This document shows, piece by piece, positions 1 through 11,826 of a DNA stretch of 64,000 nucleotides (the stretch's first letter is position 1; every line of letters starts with the position of its first letter). The notes beneath the pieces are model-generated. The model saw nothing but the letters and a program-made list of their open reading frames with translations, was not told where the DNA came from and made no database searches. The DNA is from Chiloscyllium plagiosum (Eukaryota). The stretch covers positions 6,352,699 through 6,416,698 of the forward strand of contig NC_057751.1 in NCBI RefSeq assembly GCF_004010195.1, written 5' to 3'. A program made the position numbers and the translations under genes.

Positions 1-110
1 GGGGAAAGGTTTCGGAAATCTGAAGCACCAAGGGACTTGGGAGTCCGAGTTCAGGATTCTCTTCAGGTTAACAGGCAGGTTCACGTGGCGGTTAGGAAGG
101 CAAATGTAAT
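1..110 (+). mobile_element. CR1-group LINE RT fragment
   Basis: Translates to RDLGVRVQDSLQVNRQVHVAVRKAN, the CR1 RT C-terminal 'RDLGV..D..L....QV..AV.KAN' motif. Confidence 0.8.
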
Positions 111-137
111 AAAGAACAAATAAAATTGATAGCCCAA

Positions 138-805
138 TGTGGGATATAGGTGAATTAATGTTATTTCTGCAATTATAAGTTCTGATACAGAGTAAATGAA
201 TTCACATTAGTCTGTGATTGTTTCTCAGCTAGGAGCTGAGTTAGCAAAAATGGGAACTACATAGAGGAAGTACGTTAGCATGAGACGTGATTACAGAACA
301 ATGGTAGAAATACAGGCACTAGATAAAATGCTGTGAAGAGAGGCCTGTATAAACATCTGTTTTCCCACTTGTATGGGGACACAGGAACAAACCCTAATTA
401 AAGAGGTCATAAAGGTCAGAGTAGCCTCCGGAGAGGAATAAATGCTGATAAAGACAGAATATGCCTAGCGGTGACCTGCAGTAGGATGACGTCAAACAAT
501 CTTATGGGGGCCAGAGATAGGCATTTGTCACGGACAAGGCCGGATAAACAGAAGTTGTGGGATCAGTCTTAAGGAAATGAGTGACGTAAGTGGAGGAGGG
601 GGCAAACAATGAAATAAGAAAAAATATGGGGATTCAAATTGTATAAATTTCGAGAGTTTGTTGGATTTGATGTGTATTTGTCATTGCCTTACCTGGCATT
701 AGACATTGCACCCACTTGCAAGTGTACAAATAAAACGGCACTACTGGTTCAGATTTTTGGTCTCGGACTGAAATTATTGAAGTGAGTGAGCTTTTGTTTC
801 TCACA
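138..805 (+). mobile_element. Probable solo LTR
   Basis: TGTGGGA...TCTCACA termini (6/7 inverted match), TATAAA at 642 and AATAAA at 729 followed by a short U5-like end. No clean TSD seen. Confidence 0.55.
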
Positions 806-2139
806 AGCGTCTAACCTCTTTTCCCAATCTATTGCCATTCAGATTGGGAAAGGGAAATGTGCAACCTTTCAGGATGGTGCATTTATCTCTGGACCCCTGA
901 CACGGAACATTTATTTCTCGCCATCCTATTAAATGAGGTGAAGTCACTGTAATGTCAATCCATCAGCACGTTTAGTGAAAAGACACAAATCAGTGAGTGT
1001 CGAACAGTCCACTGGCAGACATGCGGAAGCTTGGATGAGCAGTTGCTCAGAGCACCATGTGGGTGATAGAGCAACTCAGTCCGACCATTCTGGCAGAACC
1101 AAGAGGTACAGATCCCAGAAGCCATCGGCATTTTGGGTGTGGCAATGCCACCTGTTAGACATTTGGAGGTTTGTGGTCACCGTTACCCATCATCAGCAGT
1201 TGACCATTTGTGCGCAATTTTCAGATAGTTTCTTGAGTTTGTAACAAAACAGCAATTCATGATACTGTACCTGAATGAAACAAACAAAGTACAGAACCGT
1301 GACAATTGTGGATGATTCATTGATAACAGCGGACAAACCAAGCTGTTCATTTGCAACGTGTTGGTCTCATTAAAGTTGTGAAAGCAGCATTTTCTAACAC
1401 TTCGCCCTCCAGCTGGAGTGTTACAAAACATTGTCTTCCTCTTCAGGTCTATCTTCCATCTGGAGAAGGAAGCTGCTGAAAAAGACATTTGCATAATCTG
1501 CATTGACATAAGGTCATGTGGGACCCAGTAAATCTTTTGGTCACGTTTATACAAGGCTCGTTAGTATTGTAACAGTTTATTGAGGTCTGATGCTGCACTG
1601 GGAATACTAAAAGAACTCAGTTTTACAGGGGACTTGTGTTTCCAAAACATCCAACCAACAGGTCGGGAACAAATATAGCGGCGAGTAAAGGAAGGAAAGA
1701 GAAAGGCTATTACAGTTTGCAAAGCACAGACATAAAGATGGTGGTGAAAGGCAAATATGGTTGATAATAGGCCAGAAATTACTGCTTACTCTTTACACTG
1801 GTACTAATCATATTACAAACAGCCTGGCCAAGCCCAGTAGGATCCTACTTTGCTGAAACCTTCATCATTTCATGTTTTCCAACACCACGGATGTTTCTAT
1901 CGTAGTCACTGTCCTTTTATAACCCATTGTGGCGAACTATATTTTCTACTCAACATCAAGTGACTACCGCTCTGTTTTGTTCACAATGAAAGCCTTTGTA
2001 AGTATTGGCAGTCCACCAGAGACACATTGGCACAGCTGAGACTCCTATCAATGGAAATTGATGTCATGAAACCAAACAGAGCGCAGATCGCACTCAACGG
2101 TCACCTTGAATGGCGGATTGCATTGAGAGCACAAGCTCT

Positions 2140-2620
2140 GTATTCTCAAAAGGATATAGAAGCACAAAAAAGGGTGCTCAGAAGATTTGCAAGGATTATA
2201 TCAGCAATGAGTGGGCACACATGTCAGGAAAGAATTGAGAAACTGGATCTCTTGTCTCTTGGAGAAAGAAGGCTGAGGAATTTGATTGAGTGGAAAGAGA
2301 ATATTTGGTCTCATGAGGAGAAATATAAATAAGGCCTTTCAAAATAAGGTATTCATAAGAAATCAGAAGAAGGGAATTCAGGAGAGACTGCTTAATGCAA
2401 AGAGTTGTCAGAATACAGAACTCTCTGCCACAGAGAGCAGTTGAAAAGAATAACACGGGTATATTTAAGGCAAGCTAGTCAGGCAATTGAAGGAGAAAGG
2501 AATAGATTCTTTGGATGTTAGATTTAACTGAGAAAAAATGGGAAGAGGCTTGAGTGGACTGTAAACATGGGCATGAACTGGATGGGCCAAATGGCCACTT
2601 TCTGTACCTCACATTCCATG
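2140..2620 (+). mobile_element. Old CR1 LINE 3' fragment
   Basis: KDIEAQKRVLRRFARIISAM...LLSLGERRLRNLIE peptide, plus a degenerate 'ggatgggccaaatggcc' 3' stem. Confidence 0.8.
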
Positions 2621-3139
2621 TACTCCTGTCGAATCAATACCAAAATGTCTCAATTTGTGGAAAATATGTACAAGTGGCACACTTTAAGACCTTTCTTGCC
2701 CATTTTCATTTCATGTTTTTGCTTCCCTGACCTGTTGTTCTCCTTGGTCTCCCTCCATCACACCTCCAACCTGCTGTCATCTCTTGTCAAGCATTGACTT
2801 TATAAAAAAATCTCCCTGGGAAATGGACATTTCATTTTGGCGAGCATCTACAGAAATTGTGTAATTGTGCTCATGTTCTTCTGTTGGTGTGAGACTGGAC
2901 AGTCAAGAGAACCCTCAGGAAATTCAGAAACTTTAGTTTTTATGAATGGGACCAGTGATCACCAAATTCCTGCCTGATTCAGAACAATAGAACTCTTAAA
3001 ATGTTTTAGTTTAGAATAGACTTGCAATCAATAAAATTGTTTGAACTCCCATCATTTAAAAACAATTAAGAATCTTTCCTGGTTTATTTAATGGTGTAAT
3101 TATATATTCTGTTTTATCAGCAAGACCTGGCAGTAGTGA

Positions 3140-4008
3140 CTTGTAGAGAGAGGAGGAAAACTTCTTCAAGGCAGGCATCCTTGCAAGAGGATTCGCAGTA
3201 GGGTTAAAATCAACAAGGTAAAAACAATGACTGCAGATGCTGGACACCAGATTCTGGATTAGTGGTGCTGGAAGAGCACAGCAGTTCAGGCAGCATCCAA
3301 GGAGCAGCAAAATCGACGTTTCGGGCAAAAGCCCTTCATCAGGAATACAGGCTGTGTACAAGTGGCACACTTTAAGACCTTTCTTGCATCTGCAGTCATT
3401 GTTTTTACCTAGTTGATTTTAACCCTACTGCGAATCCTTTTGCAAGGATGCCTGCCTTGAAGAAGTTTTCATCCTCTCTCTACAAGAATCTCAGGGAGTC
3501 CCCCACTGCAACTCCCAGGTCATTTCCTCTGCCCTGAAGCTCTTCAACCATGTCCTGAAACAGACTCGGCTTCCTCAGTGCCTGCCTCCGTAACCAACTC
3601 GTCCCACACGGACTCGGGACCACCTTTAAACCAGCAGAGTTCGGAACCGAACAGGACAAACAGTACAGACTACAGATTCAAAAACACCAGCAACGGTTCT
3701 CCTTCAAGATCCTCCGCTCCATGCTCGCAGCAATGCGCCGGCACCTAACCTCTCTACAGTCAGCCCTGCCTCAGCTGAGGGCCACACTCTCTCAGAATTG
3801 CAAAGGACCCCTTCTGTACTACATTCTCAGGAGAATTCATACTCTCAACAAATAGTATTTCAACTCCATCCCTGTATTCCTGATGAAGGTCTTTTGCCCG
3901 AATTGTCGATTTTACTGCTCCTCGGGTGCTGCCTGACCTGCTGTGCTTTTCCAGCACCACTCTAATCTAGACTCTGGTTTCTAGCATCTGCAGTCATTGA
4001 TTTTACCC
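3140..4008. mobile_element. Rearranged Penelope-like element: inverted pseudo-LTR, ORF N-terminus and second terminus
   Basis: 3140-3240 is the reverse complement of about 3387-3487. ATG at 3448 begins MPALKKFSSSLYKN, later FLSACLRNQLVPHGL (PLE N-terminal FL..C....P.GL motif). Hammerhead cores at 3315-3342 (-) and about 3879-3907 (+, mutated). Confidence 0.8.
3315..3342 (-). ncRNA. Minimal hammerhead ribozyme motif (PLE type)
   Basis: Minus strand reads CTGATGA-A-GGGC-TTTT-GCCC-GAAACGTC: intact CUGANGA and GAAA boxes, helix II, palindromic ACGU helix III and UC cleavage site. Confidence 0.7.
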
Positions 4009-4439
4009 ATTGTTTTTACTCAATAGTGATGTTGGTCAGTTGACATCTTTGTAACTCACATTAGGAATATAGCACACCTTCAGAATCAAACATCAATTGC
4101 GACAAAATTGCTCATAAATTTAAGTTTATTTCATGTTAATCAAGATCTTTGAATTTCTTCAACTCAGAAGGCTCTGAAAGTGGAGCCTTTGAATATAATT
4201 TAAATTAAGGTGACGAATTTCTGACCACTAATGGTAGAAAAGGTTATAAGAAAATGTGGTAAAAGGCATTGACGTGTTATTGTGTTAAACAAGAATATTG
4301 TGTTAAATTGTGGAGATGCTTGATGGGCTGAATGGCCTCCTGTTCCTATGTTGTATTCACAAGGTCTTATTCTTTCTTTCCTTCCCATACATATTGGTGC
4401 AGGGCTCCCAAGCTGAGAAGGAGGGAACCTGCCCTTCAG

Positions 4440-5140
4440 TAGAGCCTATTGGCCTGAAAGTTTTGGTTGGGTCAACCCGGGCTGCTTGTGGCTAGAGGGC
4501 CGAGACTTGCTGAGTGTTTCCTCTTGATAGGCAGGTGCACCCTCCTCAGCTTGAACTCCCTCAGGACTGATGATGGCAAGCAGGGCGGATGTAGTAATCT
4601 CCCTCCTCTGGAATGTCCTGAGAGGAGACCTCTTGAGGTCCTGGTCTGTTTTTCCCCCCGTGGCTGAGTGCAGCCTGTGAGGAAGGGGCACTTGGAATGT
4701 GGTCAGTGACCCTTATCCCCTGCCATTTTTCCTTTCATTCTGAGCGCAAATGATGAGTGATGGAGAACACGTCTCTGTGAATGTACAGCAGACACTGAGT
4801 GTACTGGAACTGGCTCTCAGTGGTAGCCACCAAGCTGTCCATGTAGACAAGCTTCCAGACACTCTCAAGCAGAGGCTGCGTGGTACAAGCAGCTTTGGTG
4901 AATCCTCCAGCTTTTGAGTCAGTCTTCCCAGTGTCTCTGACAAATCTGCCTGCTGCTCCTGTCCACTTGTGCCTTTCCATGAAGTTTTTAATTACCATCA
5001 TCATGGGATCCTCTGCTTACTGAGGACACTGCTCTGCTGTGTCCCAGCTTTCTGGGGTGCTTGTTCACACCAGTTTCAGAATTTCCAATTCAAGGGCTCC
5101 AGCTGCCTCCTCTTCAGCATGGAGGTGCAATGCCTTTACA
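4440..5140 (-). mobile_element. Decayed coding-like relic, possibly the 3' part of a Harbinger Myb/SANT gene
   Basis: GC-richer, frameshifted helical or low-complexity peptides (e.g. MSETLGRLTQKLEDS), on the same strand as the Myb-like relic at 9643-9850. Confidence 0.3.
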
Positions 5141-5152
5141 TGTGATCTTTGG

Positions 5153-5512
5153 GAGGTTTATAAAAACATGAGGGGCATGGATAGAATGAATAGACAAAGT
5201 CTTTTCCCTGGAGTGGGCGAGTCCAGAATGAGAGGGCATAGGTTTAGGGTGAAAGGGGAAAGATATAAAAGAGACCTCAGGGGCAACGTTTTCATGCAGA
5301 AGGTGGTACGTGTCTGGAATGAGCTGCCAGAGGACGTGGTGGAGGCGAGTACAATTGCAACATTTAAAAGGCATTTGGATGGATATATGAATAGGAAGGG
5401 TTTGGAGGGCTATGCTGGCAGGTGGGACTAGATTGAGTTGGGTAATCTAGTCTGCATGGATGAGTTGGACTGAAGTGTCTGTTTCCATACTATACATTGC
5501 TATGACTCTATG
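5153..5512 (+). mobile_element. CR1/HER1 LINE 3' end
   Basis: EVYKNMRGMDR...TFKRHLDGYMNRKG peptide and a 3' UTR ending in CTATGACTCTATG. Confidence 0.95.
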
Positions 5513-5593
5513 TCCATCCCCCATCAGGATGGTCTCAGGGCTTTACCGTTCTTTCTTGAAAAAAATGCTTGAATCATCCCCATCAATTACTGT

Positions 5594-6366
5594 TGTTACA
5601 ACATGGCAGTGAATCCTTCTGCTAATTAAACCAAACGCCCAGAAAAAGCTCACTTCGCCTCGTAATCTGTTAAAGTATGAGTGACAGAGAACTCCCAATT
5701 CCATTATTTAAAGAAAAAATACCAATAATATATTCTTTAAGTCTAAAAGTGAACATTAAACAACAACTATTTACAACTCTTAGAATCCTTTCTCTAACTG
5801 CTTGTTACCTGCCTCCAAATCTATAACAATATACAGTTCCAATAACCACCCGTATTAAAATTACATCAACTTAATTTCAAAACCACACAGCAGCTGATAT
5901 TTCCAGTATCTGTCTTTCTCTGGCTGTAAATCACCCTGGGCCATCTTCGGTCTTCTGCTGCAAAGATGTTTCATATGAAAGGGGACCTTTGATAGAGAAT
6001 GTTTTGCTGGCAGTTACTTTGTCGATGGCAGTTGGTCTCTCTGGCTACTCTCAAAATGCTTACTTTTTTATACTCCAAACATCAGATTGGCTCACTAGTT
6101 TGATATTGGCAAAACAGTAAATTTAAAATTGATTGGGTTTTAGTAAACTGGGGCATAATTTAAACTGATTGGTTAAATTTGAATGGTTGCCTACATAGCA
6201 ATCAAAACTCAGGTATTTGTTTCACACCCAAATGTTCTATTTTTTCAATTTTCCACCACACTCTGGGTCTGCCAGTCAGTCAAATGATAGGTGTCTGCAA
6301 GCTCTTCGTGCAAAACAGCTTTCACTCTATCCTGAAGGTACAGTACCCGCTTTCAACTTCATAACA
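5594..6366 (-). mobile_element. Solo LTR (same family as 29134-29841)
   Basis: TGTTACA...CATAACA termini. Its reverse complement starts TGTTATGAAG like the 29134 LTR, and it splits the PLE RT. Confidence 0.75.
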
Positions 6367-6692
6367 CCATCCTCTTCTACCTAGCCAAGCTTAGCCTCAT
6401 TTTAAACAACTTTTCCTTTATCTCCTCTTACTCCCTTGAGGTCAAATGTGTCACTGTAGGTACCAGCATGGGCCCCAGTTCTCCCTTTTAATTTGTCTGC
6501 TATGTGGAACTTTGTTTGTTCCAAACCTACAACTCTTAATCCAGTATCTTTCTGATATAATTGGTGCTGCTTCCCTCTGACTTCCAGCATAGGACATCTT
6601 TCAATTTTGTTTCAAATTTCCACCCTGCTCTCACTTTCCCTGGTCCATTTCTGACTCCTCCCTTCCCTTCTTCGACATCTCTGTTTCCATTT

Positions 6693-7555
6693 ATAGAATC
6701 ATCGAGGCATATCGCATGGAAATAGAACAATTGATCCAACCTGTCTGTGCAAACCAGTTTTCCCAAATTAAACTAGTTCCATTTGCCTGCATTTAGCCCA
6801 TATCCCTCTAAACCTTTCCTATTCATGTACCTTCCACATCAACCACTCCCACCTTCCATTTATCGCTCAGCCCTGGCCCACAAGCTTCATTCCTAATGAA
6901 GGGCTTATGCCTGAAACATCGATTCTCCTGCTCCTCGGATGCTGTCTGATCTGCGGTGCTTTCCCAGCAACACATTCTGCAGTCCTTACTTTCTCCTATT
7001 CATGTACCTGTCCAAATGTCTTTTAAATGTTGCAACTGTACCTACATCTATCACTTCCTCTGGCAGTTCATTCTACAAATGAAGCACTCTGTGTGGAAAA
7101 GTTGTTCCTCAGGTCCCTTTTAAACCTTGCTGACTAGTTTTGATCATCTTTCCTCGGGAAAAGTCTTTTGCTGTTCACTCTGTCTATGCCCTTGATGATT
7201 TTGTAACTCTTTATAAGATCACCCCTCAACTTTCTAATGCTCCAGTTAAAAAGGTCCTCGCTATCCAGCGTCTCCTTATTATTCAAACCCTCCAGTCCCA
7301 GTAACATCCTTGCAAATCTTCTGTGCACCCTTTACAATTGCATGATATCTTTCCACTATTCGGGCAGCCAGTACTGTACACCGCACTCCAAATGTGGCCT
7401 AACCATTGTTCTGTATAACCTCAACATAACATCCCAACTCCTATACCCAATGGTCTGGGCAATGAAGGCAAGCATGTCAAATGCCTGCTTTACCACCCTG
7501 TCTAACTGTGACACAACTTTTAAGAAATAATGCACCTGAACCCCTTGGTCTCTCC
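6693..7555 (-). mobile_element. CR1 LINE 3' fragment
   Basis: RRFARMLLGLEGL...LRGDLIK peptide and CR1 3' UTR in reverse. Confidence 0.9.
6833..6993 (+). mobile_element. Short PLE terminus inserted in CR1
   Basis: 16-bp TSD TCCTATTCATGTACCT at 6817-6832 and 6994-7009; mutated hammerhead core at about 6893-6920. Confidence 0.85.
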
Positions 7556-9269
7556 CTTCCTAAACAAGTAGCAGTAGCAGTGACTTTGAATACTTTTAAA
7601 GCAGAAGTAGATTACATTTGTGATAAACAAGAAGATGGCATAATCAGGTATGTCATGATCTTATTCAACGTCAAAGCAGGTTCGAGGGGTTGAGTGGTCT
7701 CTTTGTTTCTGAGAATAGACTGACCACCAATATTCATGACAAACCCACTGACTTCCACAGTTACCTTGACTATACATCCTCACACCCTACCTCCTGTAAA
7801 GACTCTAGTCTAGTCTTCCAGTTTCTCCGTCACCATCACATCTGTTTTGATGATACCAGCTTATAAAAGGGGACGTCCAAAATGTCCATTTTCTTGCTCA
7901 ATCACGAATTCACCACCATCATGTTTTACAGGGCCATCAGTCATGTCTGACCCATCTCCCACACTTCAACCTTCACCCCTTTTCCTCCGTCCCACAACAG
8001 CAATAGGGTCTCCTGGTCCTCCTTTACCAGCCCACCAGCATCCACATTGAAAGGATCATTAGCCACCATTTCTGTCACCAAAGGATGTCACCACCAGACT
8101 TGTATTCTTCTCCCCTCACTTGTCAGCCTTCTACATGGACCATTTACTCCAGGACAACGTGCTTGACAGCTCCTCCACTCCCAGTGCCCAGCACCTGCAC
8201 AGTAGCTTCCCATGCAATTGCCAAAGGTGCAAAACTTACCTGTTTACTTCCTCCCTCCTCACCATCCAAGGTCCAATCACACTTTGCAGGTGAAGCAGCG
8301 ATTTACCTGCACTTCACTCAATCGAGTTAACTGTATTCACTGCTCACAAAGTGGTCTGCTGTACAATGGGGAGACAAAACGCAGACTGTGTGACTGCTTT
8401 GCAGAACATCTACTTTCCCTCTGCAAAATGAACCTAAACTTGGTGGCATGTTGAATTAATAGTAAACACAATGTTCCCTGGCCAACATCTCTGGCTTGGA
8501 CTTGATACAGTGCTCCAGCAAAGCTCAGTGCATGCTGGAAGAACAGCACCTCATTTCAATTTGGAGATCCTGCAGCCTTCAGAATGCAACACTGAATTCA
8601 ATAAATTTAGGGACTGAGCACCTTCTCCCATGACCTAACACCAATCTTCAAACACCAGATGTGATGAACAACCCATTGTCAGTCACTAATAGTCCCCATT
8701 AGCAGCTATTTGTTTTCCCAAGCTGACCATAACCCAATCCTTTGTCTGCCTAACTGTTTTTCTCTCTCTCTGGGTTCCATTTCCACCTATCGTTTATTGC
8801 TCTCCCCTCTCCCCATCCCACCTTCAGCATGTATACCAACCTTTCGTAAACTAAGTTCTGAAGAAGGGTTACTTGACCCAAAATGTTAAATCTTCACTCT
8901 TACTTGTTTGCTTGGACATGGTGGTTTCTATATCACCACAGGAGCAGATACTCTGGTACCTGATTCTGTATGAAGCAGTGCTAAAGTTCATGCGAAAATA
9001 AAGGGAGATTTTATGATGAGTAACGGCCTCTGAGGAGTTATTTCAACCAATACAGATGTTAGTGCTGGTTCAGGAGGGGGAAAACTGGTGAGGTGTCAGA
9101 GTGCATGAGTAGGCAATCCAAAGGCCATGCAGGGTGAATCGTGTGCAGGCATTGAGTAGTTGAGAGCAAGTGAGGGACCATGTTACGTGCAATCGTGAGA
9201 ACAGTAGGTCATGTGCTTTGGTGGCAGGTGGATACATGAAAAGAGGTAGTTTGTGTTTGGGGCATGAGT

Positions 9270-9595
9270 GATTAGATTAGATTAGATTAGATTAGATTAC
9301 AGTGTGGAAACAGGCCCTTCGGCCCAACAAGTCCACACCGACCCGCCGAAGCGAAACCCACCCATACCCCTACATTTACCCCTTACCTAACACTATGGGC
9401 AATTTAGTATGGCCAATTCACCTGACCCTGCACATCTTTGGACTGTGGGAGGAAACCGGAGCACCCGGAGGAAACCCACGCAGACACGGGGAGAACGTGC
9501 AAACTCCACACAGTCAGTCGCCTGAGGCGGGAATTGAACCCGGGTCTCTGGCGCTGTGAGGCAGCAGTGCTAACCACTGTGCCACCGTGCCGCCC
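9270..9595 (-). mobile_element. HE1-type SINE (tRNA head, V-domain, (TAATC)n tail)
   Basis: Reverse reads GGGCGGCACGGTGGCACAGTGGTTAGCACTG...GGTTCAATTCC (A/B boxes), V-domain GGGTTTCCTCCGGGTGCTCCGGTTTCCTCCCAC and a GATTA repeat tail. Confidence 0.95.
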
Positions 9596-9642
9596 AAACA
9601 AGGATATTTACCCTTGTGGAGTGGAGAAAGTCATTGACTCAC

Positions 9643-9850
9643 CTGCAACATTGCTGGGCATTCCCCTGCACCCGGGAAACAGCACTAACCCAGATGGCAA
9701 AGCTGGCAGGGTTTGTGTCTTCACATATCATGGAAAATCTTGCTGAAGCTGATGGCAAAAAACCCTCCACGAATTTCACCAAAATTGGGACTAGTTTAGT
9801 TTGGAAAACCCGACCGGCAGGAACAAATCGGACCAAAGAATCTACTTCCA
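9643..9850 (-). pseudogene. Myb/SANT-like (Harbinger ORF2-type) exon relic
   Basis: Peptide ends AIWVSAVSRVQGNAQQCCR, resembling the trihelix Myb/SANT 'VSA.S...R...QCR' motif, directly followed by a CAG|GTGAGT donor. Confidence 0.45.
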
Positions 9851-10971
9851 TGCAATATGATTCTATGACTGCATGACACTGAGCTGATTTCCAGGAAAAA
9901 AAACTCATTCCTACGTACCCCAGGCAACACCGAAAAGATTTTACCAGAGTTGACAGAGCCGGCAATGTTCATCTTGATGTCAAACAGTTTGGTTGGTTGT
10001 TTACCAGTCAGAGATGTTTGACTATTTTTCCTTGTTCAGATGGACCAACTCTCCATTGTCCTGAGCGCCAGTGTAAACTACTTCTGAATTCTTCATGAAG
10101 GTAAATTATTCAGAGCTTTTCTGTCTTTTTCAAACACTTGGATTTAATTACTTAAATGTGTAGTGAAGAAATTAAGGAAAATATTTAAGAAAGGAAAATG
10201 AAACTTGGAAGGGCAGCTCTAGAGTTAAGAACCAAACATTAGACCCACACCATTACGCACAGTTTATTGCACCAAGATCTAACTGTAAGGACAACATAAA
10301 TACTCATTAGCTGATCAAGTCTGAACACTGATCTCAATGAATTATTGGGATGACATTTCTCAGGGCTCTTGTAATACAGTGCTAATCTCTCTTCTGGGCC
10401 TTGGTCCAAGTCTCACCGGCCACAGAGGTGTGTTATAACACCATTGAACAGGTGACTAAAAGTACCCACAAACCTCCAAGTCTGTTGGAAATTATTTTGT
10501 ATGTTAGTTCACTTATTTTACACAGCTTCATTTCTTAACTAAAGTAGTTTCCAGGGAAATATCGGATGAACACTCAGGCAAAAGCAGTTTCAACCCTTTG
10601 TGATTGTTGTTCTTTTCCGACCAATTCGATAAATAAAATCGACTTGGATGCATTTGGTTCATTCTTTGTCAGTACCATGATGAGTATGAAAATGCAGTAA
10701 CTTATTGTGACTTTTTACAGAAACATTGTTCTTAGTTTGACACTATTTCAAAATTATTATGCAGTGATAATGCTGGAAAGCTTACTAACCCCACTGCATG
10801 AGCAACAGATAGAGAAACTTGTTGTTCTGTGCTGACATATCACGCTGAATCACCCTGCAGACTTTAGGACATCGGTATGACATAAAAGCCCCAAGCTCTC
10901 TCTGACAGGCAGCAAGATTTGCTGTGCAATGGCTTTCTAATTGGCCACCTCTGCGTTCACCAGCAGGAATG

Positions 10972-11135
10972 GGCAAAAGTGAGGACAGCAGATGCTGGAG
11001 ATCAGAGTCTAGATTAGAGTGGTGCTGGAAAAGCACAGCAGGTCAGTGAAGGGCTTTTGCCCGAAACCTCGATTTTCCTGCTCCTCGAATGCTGCCTAAC
11101 CTGCTGTGCTTTTCCAGCACCACTCTAATCTCGGC
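10972..11135. mobile_element. Fold-back PLE terminus
   Basis: 15-bp TSD TCACCAGCAGGAATG at 10957-10971 and 11136-11150; inverted arms; partial hammerhead core. Confidence 0.9.
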
Positions 11136-11218
11136 TCACCAGCAGGAATGTCAGGAAGGCACAGAATATTACAGAGGGCCAGCAGCATTAGAACCCTCAG
11201 AAGTCCCATGAGGAGAGG

Positions 11219-11515
11219 TTGATTAGATTAGATTCCCTATACAGTATGGAAACAGGCCATTTGGCCCAACAAGTCCATACTGACCTTCTAAAGAGTAATC
11301 CATCCAGACCCATTTCCCTCTGACTAATGCACCTAACTCTATGGGCAATTTATCATGACCAATTCACCTGGCCAGCACATGTTTGGATTGTGGGAGGAAA
11401 CCCATGCAGATACAGGGAGAATATGCAAACTCCACACAGACAGTCGCCCAAGGCGTGAATCAAACCCAGGTCCCTGGCGCTGTGAGGCAGCAGTGCTAAC
11501 CACTGAGCCACCATG
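11219..11515 (-). mobile_element. HE1-type SINE
   Basis: GATTA tail, V-domain and tRNA-like head in reverse. Confidence 0.9.
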
Positions 11516-11826
11516 CTACTCTTGAATCAGAACAGAGCCATGGAGGTGTTATACATCAAGGATCGCATTGAAAAATGACAAAGGCTGAAACTTGGTGGCC
11601 TTTCAGAATGGAGGGGAGACCCACATAAAGAAATCATTTGGACTTTTGATGTGCCATTTCCGACATGTTGCCCTGTCTTTGTGGTTTGCAGTTTCTGGTT
11701 CTGTTGTCCTCCAGGCTGACACAGGGAAGTCATTTCCCCTGAGTGAGCTGGGTCTCTTGCCCAGGGAGCAAGGTGCTGGCAGAATAAGAGAGTAATCCAG
11801 AGGCAAACTAACTCTGGGAAATGGGT

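Larger units (their letters stand above)
5513..8895 (+). mobile_element. Fragmented Penelope-like (Neptune-type) element, pieces at about 5513-5590, 6367-6692 and 7713-8895
   Basis: Decayed RT, then GIY-YIG region VKQRFTCTSLNRVNCIHCSQSGLLYNGETKRRLCDCFAEHL. Degenerate hammerhead-like CTGAAGA-stem near 8858. Interrupted by LTR and CR1 insertions. Confidence 0.8.

Noticed and set aside
1150..1200. Minus-strand MMGNGDHK resembling a viral polymerase GDNQ motif
   Set aside because: Too short and mismatched, with no other polymerase motifs found.
9530..9595. tRNA-like A/B boxes (also at 28566, 42260 and 53260)
   Set aside because: These are SINE heads continuing into V-domain and LINE-type tails; no complete cloverleaf.
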